Assembly: GCA_905235045.1 (NCBI GenBank)
Contig: CAJOJO010000008.1
Location: forward strand, 1-60,773
Length of the DNA stretch: 60,773 nucleotides
Source: an uncultured Bacilli bacterium
GTDB lineage: Bacteria > Bacillota_I > Bacilli_A > RF39 > UBA660
Direction: 5' to 3'
Translations under genes and position numbers: made by a program
The notes under the pieces: generated by a model
The model's input: the letters and a program-made list of their open reading frames with translations, nothing else
Database searches by the model: none
Told to the model about the DNA's origin: nothing
Part shown: piece after piece, positions 17,809-26,677 of the stretch
Position numbering within the stretch: the stretch's first letter is position 1
How the letters are laid out: the number at the start of each line of letters is the position of its first letter

Positions 17809-19701
17809 CTATTTAATAGATAACACATATTCTTTATCTAAAGTATAATGTTCATATCTCTTATTTAGTTTTACACTTGATGTTGGACTTGAGCCATCAT
17901 ATACAGTATCACTATATCTTACCCCAGTTACATTTAGAGATAATTTTTTATAGAAATCACCTTGATTGTTTTCAACAAGTTTACCAGTAACATATAAATA
18001 ACCACTATTTAATTCAAATATTGCATATAAATCACCAGTTGTATAATCTAGAAAATAATAACCAGGAGCTAATCTAGATGGATCATTTGTTTGATTCATC
18101 CTTCCAGCGAAACTTTTACCATCTGGTAAAGCACTGCTAATATTGAATGTATTAGAAGAATTTTTTTCATTAAATGATAAATCATCATAACCCCATGTTG
18201 ATATTTCTTTATATTGGATGATTGTAGTGATTTTCTTTGACGAAGTATCTAAAGATATTGAAGGCCTTACCCAATACCTTTGACCAGAATGGCTAACATA
18301 ACCATAAAGATATAAATCATCTTTTGGATATTCATATTCCCCAGCAGTAACTTTCACTGATTTAGCAGATACACCACCACTAGCACTTGTAACATAAGAA
18401 TAATAAGTTGATGATTTTAGTTCTTCTTGATTAGCATTAGTATATGTATTCAATACATAACCATCCGTTGTAAGTCCATAAACAGAAGTACTACCAGTCC
18501 CAGTATCATAATTCCATGAGTCACTTAATATGGTACTACTTGATGATATAGAATACGTAACAGCACCTGTTGTTTTATTTATTGACATATATCCTGGTAA
18601 AAGATAGTTTGTAGTTGTATAACCATTAGCACTTGTATTAAAACCTGTAAGCATTGTGTCAAAGTAAGCATAATGATTATTTACATCCTGAAAAGGTAAT
18701 TCATAAAAATTGCAATAATATACTGTAGAAGCACCAGCTGTAGTAGAACTATCACGATACATTACTGGATTAATATCTGTAGTTGTAACTAACTCCCACG
18801 CATTAGTACTTGCATTCCATTTAAATGTTTTAAGATAATAACGATAATCAGTTATTAAATCACTAGCATCATTCAGATAATAATACATAACACCTATCAC
18901 AGTTGGACTAAATCTAAATACAGGAAAAGGACTATTCCAACAGCCACCATTACTATATGTTATCTTTGCTGTATCTGTGCCTACTAAAAAGGTATCATAA
19001 GCATCCGAATTTAATTTTTTTATATCTATATACATAGTAAAATATTCCGCAGTTGCTGTTTTATAATCATATCTAAATTTCACTATATCGTTTGGAATAG
19101 TAACAGTATTTACTTTAAACATTGGTCCTGATGATATTGATTTAATACCAGTTGCTAACTCTTCAAATGATTTATTTTCATTTATTTCGTATCCTCTACT
19201 CTTAATAGCATTTGCTATCTTTTCTTTGCCAGTTATTATTTCTTCATTACAAGCATTTATATCTTCCACACATTTGTTTGTAACACTTATTATTCCATCA
19301 ACAGTAATGCCATCGCATATTCCATCTCCTATGGTAGCTTCTTTTTGATTTAATTCTTTTTTAGCATACCATTTCCCGTTATCAATACAAATTGCTGATT
19401 TATTATCTGTTGTGATTAACACCATACCATGCTCTATTGAACCTTTATAGCTTAATTTCTCATAATCATCTATTTGCTTTCCATTACTAAATTCTAATAA
19501 TCGATTATTTTCTGCATCTTGCATATTTATTTGATAATAATAATTAGCAGCTTCAGCAATCCCTTGCACACTTGCTTTTAAAGCACCTTTTTGAGCTTTT
19601 TCAATCACATCACTTATTAATGGTATTGATATTAATGTAACTATTGCTATCAATACTATTACCGCTAATAATTCAATTAACGTAAATCCTTTTTTCTTCA
19701 T
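17809..19701 (-). CDS. Large type IV pilin-like surface protein (prepilin signal plus ~520-aa Y/T/S-rich domain of unknown fold)
   Basis: 630 aa. MKKKG|FTLIELLAVIVLIAIVTLISIPL is the prepilin signal. No family was recognised for the remainder. Confidence 0.8.
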   Translation of the reverse strand: MKKKGFTLIELLAVIVLIAIVTLISIPLISDVIEKAQKGALKASVQGIAEAANYYYQINMQDAENNRLLEFSNGKQIDDYEKLSYKGSIEHGMVLITTDNKSAICIDNGKWYAKKELNQKEATIGDGICDGITVDGIISVTNKCVEDINACNEEIITGKEKIANAIKSRGYEINENKSFEELATGIKSISSGPMFKVNTVTIPNDIVKFRYDYKTATAEYFTMYIDIKKLNSDAYDTFLVGTDTAKITYSNGGCWNSPFPVFRFSPTVIGVMYYYLNDASDLITDYRYYLKTFKWNASTNAWELVTTTDINPVMYRDSSTTAGASTVYYCNFYELPFQDVNNHYAYFDTMLTGFNTSANGYTTTNYLLPGYMSINKTTGAVTYSISSSSTILSDSWNYDTGTGSTSVYGLTTDGYVLNTYTNANQEELKSSTYYSYVTSASGGVSAKSVKVTAGEYEYPKDDLYLYGYVSHSGQRYWVRPSISLDTSSKKITTIIQYKEISTWGYDDLSFNEKNSSNTFNISSALPDGKSFAGRMNQTNDPSRLAPGYYFLDYTTGDLYAIFELNSGYLYVTGKLVENNQGDFYKKLSLNVTGVRYSDTVYDGSSPTSSVKLNKRYEHYTLDKEYVLSIK

Positions 19702-19724
19702 ATAACTCCTACTTTCTACTTATA

Positions 19725-19754
19725 ATTATACCCCCCCCCGACAGGCCTTGTCAA
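19725..19754 (-). promoter_or_regulatory. Sigma-A-type promoter P2 with a G9 tract in the spacer
   Basis: The minus strand reads TTGACA(19754..19749)-AGGCCTGTC-GGGGGGGGG-TATAAT(19730..19725), an 18-nt spacer, followed by leader TATAAGTAGAAAGTAGGAGTTAT-ATG. Confidence 0.65.
19731..19739 (-). repeat. Homopolymer tract, C9 on the plus strand (G9 on the coding strand)
   Basis: Counted directly in the sequence. Confidence 0.95.
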
Positions 19755-19768
19755 ACAAAAAAAGAAAA

Positions 19769-20308
19769 CTATTCGTTTTCTATAAAATCATCATTTACAT
19801 TTTCATCTATTTCATCCATTACAGTATCGTCTACATCATCTTCAATTAAGTCCCATGGTTCTTCATCATCTTCAATATTTATTTTTACTTTTGTCTCACC
19901 AATTACTTCAATTCCTAATTCTTTTTCAATGTCAAAACTAATATTACCATTATCTTCAATATGAACACCAGTACAATTTGGTTGTTTTAAGGATCTAACA
20001 ATTATATCAGTATCACTAGTTAATTCAACATCATCTTTTATTTTTACATTAAATAAATTATTATAAGTTACCTTTTTATTAACAACTGTTGTTTTAGAAT
20101 CATTATCATATGAATACCAAATATTTACATCATATGATCCTTCAACGCCAATTTTACTACCAGATTTATAACCTTTAAAATTATGATTTATCACCCAACA
20201 ACCTAATACTGTAGTTGGTAATTCATTTGTTTCTATACTATAATTATCTTTAAAATATTTTTTACCTTTACCAACAATCGCTTTTGTTACAATTTCTTTG
20301 AATGCCAC
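19769..20308 (-). CDS. cotE: Outer spore coat morphogenetic protein CotE
   Basis: 179 aa with a GTG start. It appears colinear with my recollection of B. subtilis CotE (EIVTKAIVGKGKK..., WVINH, DVNIWYSY, LKQPNC, VIGETKV) and has an acidic tail. Confidence 0.8.
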   Translation of the reverse strand: MAFKEIVTKAIVGKGKKYFKDNYSIETNELPTTVLGCWVINHNFKGYKSGSKIGVEGSYDVNIWYSYDNDSKTTVVNKKVTYNNLFNVKIKDDVELTSDTDIIVRSLKQPNCTGVHIEDNGNISFDIEKELGIEVIGETKVKINIEDDEEPWDLIEDDVDDTVMDEIDENVNDDFIENE

Positions 20309-20403
20309 TTAAATCACCTCTTACTCTAATGTATTCAATTACTAGTCAAATGTTTACAAAAAAAATGTACTTAAATAGTACATTTTATGATAAATCATTA
20401 TCG

Positions 20404-20697
20404 TTATAAACCCTTATGGTATTCAGTAATTTTTTCTTGTAATAAAGTATTAAGTTTATCATTATAGGAACTCATAACATATAGTTCTTCTAAAATAACT
20501 TTATCACCGACATAATTTTCTTTTACTTTTCTAATTTTCTTTCTTTCTTCTTCTTGAAGTTTAAATACTTCTTCAAATAAAGCTACTTTCTCACTATCAG
20601 GTGCATCATTAAATAGTAATTTTATTTGTTTCATAAATAATTCTCTTTGGTTATAAACTACATTAATCATATCAATTAAATTAACATTTTCACTCAT
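20404..20697 (-). CDS. Hypothetical small protein downstream of the oapA-like gene
   Basis: 97 aa from the ATG with an AGGTGGTGA RBS. Confidence 0.55.
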   Translation of the reverse strand: MSENVNLIDMINVVYNQRELFMKQIKLLFNDAPDSEKVALFEEVFKLQEEERKKIRKVKENYVGDKVILEELYVMSSYNDKLNTLLQEKITEYHKGL

Positions 20698-20744
20698 ACA
20701 TATCACCACCTATATAATAACACAAAAACTAAGAAATATTACTT

Positions 20745-21314
20745 TTAATTTTTTATTTTATAAAAACAGGAAATTACTTTAGCAAATTTATATAAAATAA
20801 TATTACTTTTATTTATAGCAAAACTTTTCCCCAAAGCTTTTCCACCAATAGTTAATGCCGCAATAATAGCCGAAATAACTAAAACCGTAAAAAATGCATC
20901 AAAGTGATAATGAGCGGATATATTAAGGGCAATTATAGAACCAGCGCCACCTGATATAATCCCACATACATCTCCTACTACGTCGTTACAAAAACTTGAT
21001 ACTAATGCCGCATTTTGTTTAAATTTTACAGCTATATCAGCTCCTTTTATTTTTCTTGAATTCATTGAATTAAAAGGAACAATATCAGCGGCTGTTACAG
21101 CAACCCCAATAATATCAAAGATAATACCAATAATAATAAAAATAACTAAAACAATTAAACCAATTATAATATTAACATTAGGAATAACTGATTCTGATAA
21201 CATACTAAATATAAAGGAAAGCATAAAAGCAGTTATCGTTATTTCAATAATCCATTTATAATTTGTAAATGCTGTTTTATCTTTTTCTAGTTGTTTTTTA
21301 AAAACCTTTTTCAT
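20745..21314 (-). CDS. 4-TM membrane protein, OapA-like (OLE-associated protein A candidate)
   Basis: 189 aa with four predicted TMs and a DVVGD (DxxxD) motif in TM3. It lies directly downstream of the large structured RNA. The OapA assignment is from memory of the family, not from a search. Confidence 0.55.
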   Translation of the reverse strand: MKKVFKKQLEKDKTAFTNYKWIIEITITAFMLSFIFSMLSESVIPNVNIIIGLIVLVIFIIIGIIFDIIGVAVTAADIVPFNSMNSRKIKGADIAVKFKQNAALVSSFCNDVVGDVCGIISGGAGSIIALNISAHYHFDAFFTVLVISAIIAALTIGGKALGKSFAINKSNIILYKFAKVISCFYKIKN

Positions 21315-21327
21315 AATTTTCTCCTAT

Positions 21328-21942
21328 AAAAAAAAGAAATAATTTCTTTTATAAATAATAATGGCGATTAATATAGTTAACTTTATGCCTTAGGTCAAGT
21401 AGAATTTCTCTAGTTTTTACTTATCGTTACCAATAAGCGGTTCCCCTTTAAAAAAACCAATATATTGTCACCAAATATATGACTTGATTACCACTTAGTA
21501 CATACTGCAATCCTACACTAACTCCACTCTAGGAATTTTCTTCAACAACTATTACTATTAGTTCTTTTTTGCAAATACAATTTCATATAGCAATAACAGT
21601 AATCATTTGGCCTAAATCATACTATCTGTCTATAATCCCAAGTATTCACGCAAGACAAGCTACGCTACTCATAAGTTGCCCCACGAAGTAGGTTTAATCC
21701 TAAATCGTCACAAGTCCATCAACTTACGTGTATAGGCTTATAACAAGTTCAGGTCTCCACGACAGTTGGGTCAGTATCGTATGCCATTACGGCCGCCCAA
21801 GTTGTCTTTCTTCCAGCACTCACCCTAAACTGGGCGTATAAAGCAAGCACCAGAAGCTTCACAGATGTGCTCTTTAATGGATTTTTAGCCCCATCTTCAT
21901 AGTAATTAAGTTGACTAGAATAATGTGCCATTACTTATTTAT
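21328..21942 (-). ncRNA. Large (~600 nt) structured non-coding RNA, OLE-like
   Basis: An 830-nt gap holds only a spurious 60-aa ORF. It has its own TTGACA-17-TATATT promoter. The core (about 21640..21900) is visibly GC-enriched against AT-rich surroundings. A 13-bp closing helix pairs 21940..21927 (AAAUAAGUAAUGGC) with 21365..21353 (GCCAUUAUUAUUU). Internal hairpins are present, e.g. GACAACTTGGG...CCCAACTGTC. A terminator lies at 21328..21351. Confidence 0.55.
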
Positions 21943-21948
21943 ATGTAA

Positions 21949-21977
21949 AATATATCAAAAAATATGTGTATTGTCAA
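21949..21977 (-). promoter_or_regulatory. Promoter of the large ncRNA
   Basis: The minus strand reads TTGACA(21977..21972)-ATACACATATTTTTTGA-TATATT(21954..21949). Confidence 0.55.
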
Positions 21978-22108
21978 TTATCATAACTTTAATTATTCCT
22001 TATTTTATAAAGCTATTTTTATATTTAATTAATGAAAAACTAAACATATAAGTAATATAGTTTCTAATTTAACTATTTTATAATAAATATTAAATAATAT
22101 TGTAATTC

Positions 22109-22123
22109 CTACCAATTTGGTAG
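22109..22123 (+). promoter_or_regulatory. Candidate Rrf2 operator: a 7-1-7 palindrome abutting the -10 of the suf operon promoter
   Basis: CTACCAA-T-TTGGTAG is immediately followed by TATAAT (22124..22129), with TTGTAA 18 nt upstream. Confidence 0.4.
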
Positions 22124-22145
22124 TATAATTGTTTATGGTGATATT

Positions 22146-22544
22146 ATGCGTATTTCAACAAAAGGACGATATACTTTAGTTATTATGTTAGACTTAGCTA
22201 AGGAATATAAAAACAATTGCTATGTTAGTTTAAAAGAAATAGCTTTAAAGGAAAATATATCGTTAAAATATTTAGAAAAGTTAATGCTCACTTTAAATAA
22301 AAGTGACTATTTAATATCTTTACGAGGTGAACATGGAGGCTATAAATTAAAGTATGAACCTAGTCATTATAAAATTGGGGATATTTTAAAACTTGCCGAA
22401 GGTAATATTGATGTTACTGATTGTGTTTCTAAAGATCATATTTGTCCTAATAAACATAATTGTGATACTTTTCCTTTATGGAAAGAATTAAATGATTTAA
22501 TAAATGATTATTTAGATAGTAAAACACTAGAAGACTATATATAG
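22146..22544 (+). CDS. Rrf2-family transcriptional regulator (IscR/CymR-like)
   Basis: 132 aa with an N-terminal wHTH (MRISTKGRYTL...) and three clustered Cys (CVSKDHICPNKHNC). Confidence 0.85.
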   Translation: MRISTKGRYTLVIMLDLAKEYKNNCYVSLKEIALKENISLKYLEKLMLTLNKSDYLISLRGEHGGYKLKYEPSHYKIGDILKLAEGNIDVTDCVSKDHICPNKHNCDTFPLWKELNDLINDYLDSKTLEDYI

Positions 22545-22553
22545 GAGGTATTT

Positions 22554-23303
22554 ATGAAATTACTAGAAATTAAAAATTTACATACGATTGCGGAAGATGA
22601 TAACAATAAGAAAATCTTAAATGGTTTAGATTTAGTAATTAATGAAGGAGAAATTCACGTTATTATGGGTCCTAATGGATCTGGTAAGTCAACGCTCGCT
22701 AATACATGTTTTCATTCTCCTAAATATATTGTAACTAAAGGTAATATTATTTTTGATAATGAAGATATAACAAATAAAGAAACTGATTACATTGCTAAAA
22801 AAGGCTTATTTATGTCTTTCCAAACACCAGTAGAAATACCTGGTATTACTTTAGCTAATTTTTTAAAAGCTACTAAAAAAAGTAGTACTGGGGTTAATCC
22901 TAATGTCTATACTTTTTATAAAGAAGTAAATGAAAATATGGAAAAGCTAAATATGGATAAAGAATATACCAAAAGAGAATTTAATATTGGTTTTTCTGGT
23001 GGTGAAAAAAAGAAATGTGAAATTCTTCAATTACTTACGTTAAATCCTAAATTAGCTATTTTAGATGAAACAGATTCGGGATTAGATGTTGATGCTATAA
23101 AGACAGTTTCCAAAGGAATTAGTTTATTTAAAAATAATAAAAATGCGGTTTTAATTATTACCCATTCAACTAAAATACTAGAAAGTTTAAAAGTTGATAA
23201 AGTTCATATTTTAGTTAATGGAAAAATAGTTAAAACAGGTGATGCTCGACTTGCTAAAGAAATTGAAAAAGAAGGATATAATAAATATTTAAATGAAAAC
23301 TAA
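22554..23303 (+). CDS. sufC: Fe-S cluster assembly ATPase SufC
   Basis: 249 aa with Walker A GPNGSGKST, signature FSGGEKKK and Walker B ILDETDSGLD. Confidence 0.95.
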   Translation: MKLLEIKNLHTIAEDDNNKKILNGLDLVINEGEIHVIMGPNGSGKSTLANTCFHSPKYIVTKGNIIFDNEDITNKETDYIAKKGLFMSFQTPVEIPGITLANFLKATKKSSTGVNPNVYTFYKEVNENMEKLNMDKEYTKREFNIGFSGGEKKKCEILQLLTLNPKLAILDETDSGLDVDAIKTVSKGISLFKNNKNAVLIITHSTKILESLKVDKVHILVNGKIVKTGDARLAKEIEKEGYNKYLNEN

Positions 23304-24693
23304 AATTGAAGAAAATAAACGATTAGAAAACATTTATAATACGCAAGTTAATAATGTATCATTAAAAAAAGAATATGGTTTAACTGAAGATATTATTAGA
23401 AATATTTCTAAAGAAAAAGATGAACCAAAATGGATTTTAGATTTAAGGCTTAAAGCTTTAAAGTTATATTATGAACTTAGTAATCCTGATTGGGGACCAG
23501 ATATTAGCTATTTAGATATTAATAAAATAGCAACTTATGTTAAACCAAATAGTAAACAAACAAAATCTTGGAATGATGTACCTAGTGATATTAAAAATGT
23601 GTTTGATAAATTAGGAATTCCGGAATCGGAAAAAGCGGCTATGGCTGGTGTTGGCGCACAATTTGATTCGGAAATGGTATATCATAATTTATCAGAAAAA
23701 ATGAAAAAAATGGGTGTTATATATACTAATTTTGATACTGCTATTAAAGAATATCCCGAGTTAATTAAAGAGTACTTTAGTAAAGCAGTTCCTTTGAATG
23801 ATCACAAGTATATTGCCTTACACTATGCCCTATTTTCTGGTGGATCTTTTGTTTACGTTCCCAAAGGCGTTAGGGTAACGCAACCATTACAAAGTTATTT
23901 TCGTCTTAATGCTCCTGGTGCTGGACAATTTGAACACACTTTAATTATTGTTGATGAAGGAGCTTATTTAGAGTTCATTGAAGGTTGTAGTGCGCCTGGT
24001 TACAATGACTTAAATCTCCATGCTGGTTGTGTTGAATTATATGTTAAAAAAGATGGCTTTTTAAGATTTTCAACAATTGAAAATTGGTCTAAAAATATGC
24101 TTAATTTAAATACTAAAAAATGTTTTGTTGAAGAATCTGGTAAAATTGAATGGATTATGGGTTCGTTTGGTAGTAAAGTATCTATGCTATATCCTCTAAC
24201 TGTTTTAAATGGGGAAAATGCTAAGGTAGAATTTACTTCTTTATCATTTGCTGGTAAAGGACAAAACTTAGATACGGGGATTAAACTAATTCATAATGCT
24301 CCTAATACTACTTCAATTGTAAATACTAAATCTATTTCTAAAGATGGTGGTATTTGTACATTTAGAAGTAATTTAATTATGAATAAAAACGCTACTAAAT
24401 CTAGTTCAACTGTTTCTTGTGAGTCTTTAATGTTAGATAGTATATCTCGTAGTGATACAATACCAGTTAATACAATTAAAAATAGTGATGTTACTTTTGC
24501 TCATGAAGCTAGTGTTGGTAAAATAAGTGATGAAACGATATTTTATTTAATGAGTCGAGGAATGAAGGAAGAAGAAGCTAAATCTTTAATTGTTCAAGGT
24601 TTCGCAGAACCAATTGCGAAAATATTCCCGGTTGAATATGCTGTAGAAATGAATCGTTTAATTAATTTAGAACTTGAAGGGACAATTGGGTGA
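23293..24693 (+). CDS. sufB: Fe-S cluster assembly protein SufB
   Basis: 466 aa, typical SufB beta-helix core and a C-terminal FYLMSRGMKEEEAKSLIVQGF. Confidence 0.95.
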   Translation: MKTKIEENKRLENIYNTQVNNVSLKKEYGLTEDIIRNISKEKDEPKWILDLRLKALKLYYELSNPDWGPDISYLDINKIATYVKPNSKQTKSWNDVPSDIKNVFDKLGIPESEKAAMAGVGAQFDSEMVYHNLSEKMKKMGVIYTNFDTAIKEYPELIKEYFSKAVPLNDHKYIALHYALFSGGSFVYVPKGVRVTQPLQSYFRLNAPGAGQFEHTLIIVDEGAYLEFIEGCSAPGYNDLNLHAGCVELYVKKDGFLRFSTIENWSKNMLNLNTKKCFVEESGKIEWIMGSFGSKVSMLYPLTVLNGENAKVEFTSLSFAGKGQNLDTGIKLIHNAPNTTSIVNTKSISKDGGICTFRSNLIMNKNATKSSSTVSCESLMLDSISRSDTIPVNTIKNSDVTFAHEASVGKISDETIFYLMSRGMKEEEAKSLIVQGFAEPIAKIFPVEYAVEMNRLINLELEGTIG

Positions 24694-24697
24694 TAAT

Positions 24698-25696
24698 ATG
24701 ATATTAAATGAAATACCAATTAAAACTACTAATGGTTTTAATGTTAATAATTTAAAAATTAATTTAGATTTACCTGATAGTTTTAAGTATCATGAATATA
24801 AAAGTAATATTAAAATTAAATATAAAAAAACTAACCTTAATTCTTTAATTGGCTTAGATTATAAAGAAGCACTTGATATAGAAATTATTATTGATAAAGT
24901 TTTTGAGAAACCAATTGAACTTATCTATGAATTTAAAAATAGTGATTCTTTAATAAATAGGATTAATGTTCATTATTTAGAAAATAGTAAATCTGATATT
25001 ATCTTTACTTATAAATCACTAGATCAAACGAAGCAATTTAACTATATTAAATTTAATATTATTATGGATAAATATAGTAATGGTAATATTAATATAATCA
25101 ATCTATTAAATAATAATAGTACTAATATAATTGCTAGTGAAAGTAATTTAGCTGAATCTAGTTATTTAAAACAAAATCTTATTGATATTGGTGGTAACAT
25201 CCGTATTTATAATTTTTCTTCAAAAGTAAATAGTAATGCCAAAAGTTATTTAAATAATATTTATTTAGGTAACAAAAAAAATCTTATTGATATGAATTAT
25301 AATTATCAAAATATTGGTGAAAATTCTCTTACTAATATAAAAGTTGAAGGAGTTCTAGATGAGAAAGCAACTAAAACATTTAGAGGAACGATTGATTTTA
25401 ACAATAGTAATAATGCAAGTGGTAAAGAATTAGAAAATTGTTTATTATTATCTGATGATGCCATCTCTAAATCAGTTCCTATTTTACTTTGTAATGAAGA
25501 AAATGTTGTTGGTAGTCATGCTGTTTCAACTGGTAAGATAGATAATGATAAATTATTCTATTTAATGAGTAGAGGCTTTAGTTTAAAAGATGCTAAAAAA
25601 TTAATTATTATGGCCAATTTTAATAATATAATTAAAGAAATAAGTAATGAAGAGCTAGAAGAAATAGTTATAAACCATATTAGTAAAAATATCTAG
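24698..25696 (+). CDS. sufD: Fe-S cluster assembly protein SufD
   Basis: 332 aa from the ATG with a GGGTGA RBS. It has the SufB/D fold and a C-terminal FYLMSRGFSLKDAKKLI. Confidence 0.8.
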   Translation: MILNEIPIKTTNGFNVNNLKINLDLPDSFKYHEYKSNIKIKYKKTNLNSLIGLDYKEALDIEIIIDKVFEKPIELIYEFKNSDSLINRINVHYLENSKSDIIFTYKSLDQTKQFNYIKFNIIMDKYSNGNINIINLLNNNSTNIIASESNLAESSYLKQNLIDIGGNIRIYNFSSKVNSNAKSYLNNIYLGNKKNLIDMNYNYQNIGENSLTNIKVEGVLDEKATKTFRGTIDFNNSNNASGKELENCLLLSDDAISKSVPILLCNEENVVGSHAVSTGKIDNDKLFYLMSRGFSLKDAKKLIIMANFNNIIKEISNEELEEIVINHISKNI

Positions 25697-25749
25697 ATAA
25701 TTGCAAATTAATAACATTTATTATATAATTTATAAAGGAAGTGAACAAT

Positions 25750-26673
25750 ATGACAATATCTTTTAAAGTAAGTGATAAAACCAAAAACCAACTTAATGAA
25801 TTCTATGCTGATTATAAAAGAGAAATAACTCCACCATATGCAGTATTTCAAGCTAAAGATGGTGACACAGTAGTTACTTTATATGAATCAGGTAAAGTCG
25901 TTTTTCAAGGTAAAGATGCTGATTTAGCTAGTCAAATATGGGTAGAAACGGAAAAAATGGTTAACAATAAAGTAGAAATAAATAATAGTGATAATAAAAA
26001 GAAAAAAGAACCAATTTATGTTGATCCAAAAATTTATAATGCTTCTACAATTGGTAGTGATGAAGTAGGAACTGGTGACTATTTTGGCCCTATTGTTGTT
26101 ACGGCAGCATTTGTTGAAAAAGAAAATATTGCTTATTTAAAAGAACTAGGAGTTACTGATTCTAAAAAATTAGATGACCAAAAAACTCTAAAAATTGTTC
26201 CAGAAATTATAAAAAAAATACCATATACAACTTATATTTTAAGTAATAAACAATATAATGAAATGAATATGAATATGAATAAAGTTAAAGCTGTATTACA
26301 TAATAAGGTATTATCTGATTTAACTAGTAAATATAAAGCTGATTATGTTGTAGTTGATCAATTTGTCGCACCAAATTACTATTTTGCTTATTTAAAAGAA
26401 GTACCTAATGTTTATAAAAATATAACTTTTATGACTAAGGCAGAACTTAAATGTTTAAGTGTTGCTTGTGCTTCACTAATAAGTAGATATGTATTTTTAA
26501 AAGAATATGATAAATTAAGTAAAGAATTAAATGTTACGTTACTTAAAGGTGCTTCTAATTTAGTTGATGAACAAGGTGCTTTATTAGTAAAAAAATATGG
26601 TATGGATAAATTAAATGAAATAGCTAAATTAAATTTTAAAAATACTGATAAAATAAAAGGACTTGCTAATTAG
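25750..26673 (+). CDS. rnhC: Ribonuclease HIII
   Basis: 307 aa from the ATG with an AAGGAAG RBS. It has an N-terminal RNase HIII-specific domain and the catalytic segment GSDEVGTGDYFGP. Confidence 0.9.
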   Translation: MTISFKVSDKTKNQLNEFYADYKREITPPYAVFQAKDGDTVVTLYESGKVVFQGKDADLASQIWVETEKMVNNKVEINNSDNKKKKEPIYVDPKIYNASTIGSDEVGTGDYFGPIVVTAAFVEKENIAYLKELGVTDSKKLDDQKTLKIVPEIIKKIPYTTYILSNKQYNEMNMNMNKVKAVLHNKVLSDLTSKYKADYVVVDQFVAPNYYFAYLKEVPNVYKNITFMTKAELKCLSVACASLISRYVFLKEYDKLSKELNVTLLKGASNLVDEQGALLVKKYGMDKLNEIAKLNFKNTDKIKGLAN

Positions 26674-26677
26674 CAAG
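26662..26677. terminator. Palindrome containing both stop codons of convergent rnhC and murC (bidirectional terminator candidate)
   Basis: CTTGCTAATTAGCAAG has T-rich runs on both sides. Both proteins end in LAN. Confidence 0.5.

Noticed and set aside
21749-21931. 60-aa ORF (MAHYSSQLNYYEDG...) in the large intergenic region.
   Set aside because: It lies inside the GC-enriched structured-RNA candidate, has no RBS and shows atypical composition. It is best explained as a chance ORF in an RNA gene.
21328-21942. Whether the structured RNA is RNase P RNA, tmRNA, SRP RNA, a T-box or a group II intron.
   Set aside because: I could not find GAGGAAAGUCC / ACAGAA-type RNase P motifs, a GGGG...CCACCA tmRNA frame with a tag ORF, an SRP domain IV motif, a T-box sequence, or a GUGYG 5' end with a domain V. 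The size and the 4-TM partner fit OLE better. This still needs cmsearch.
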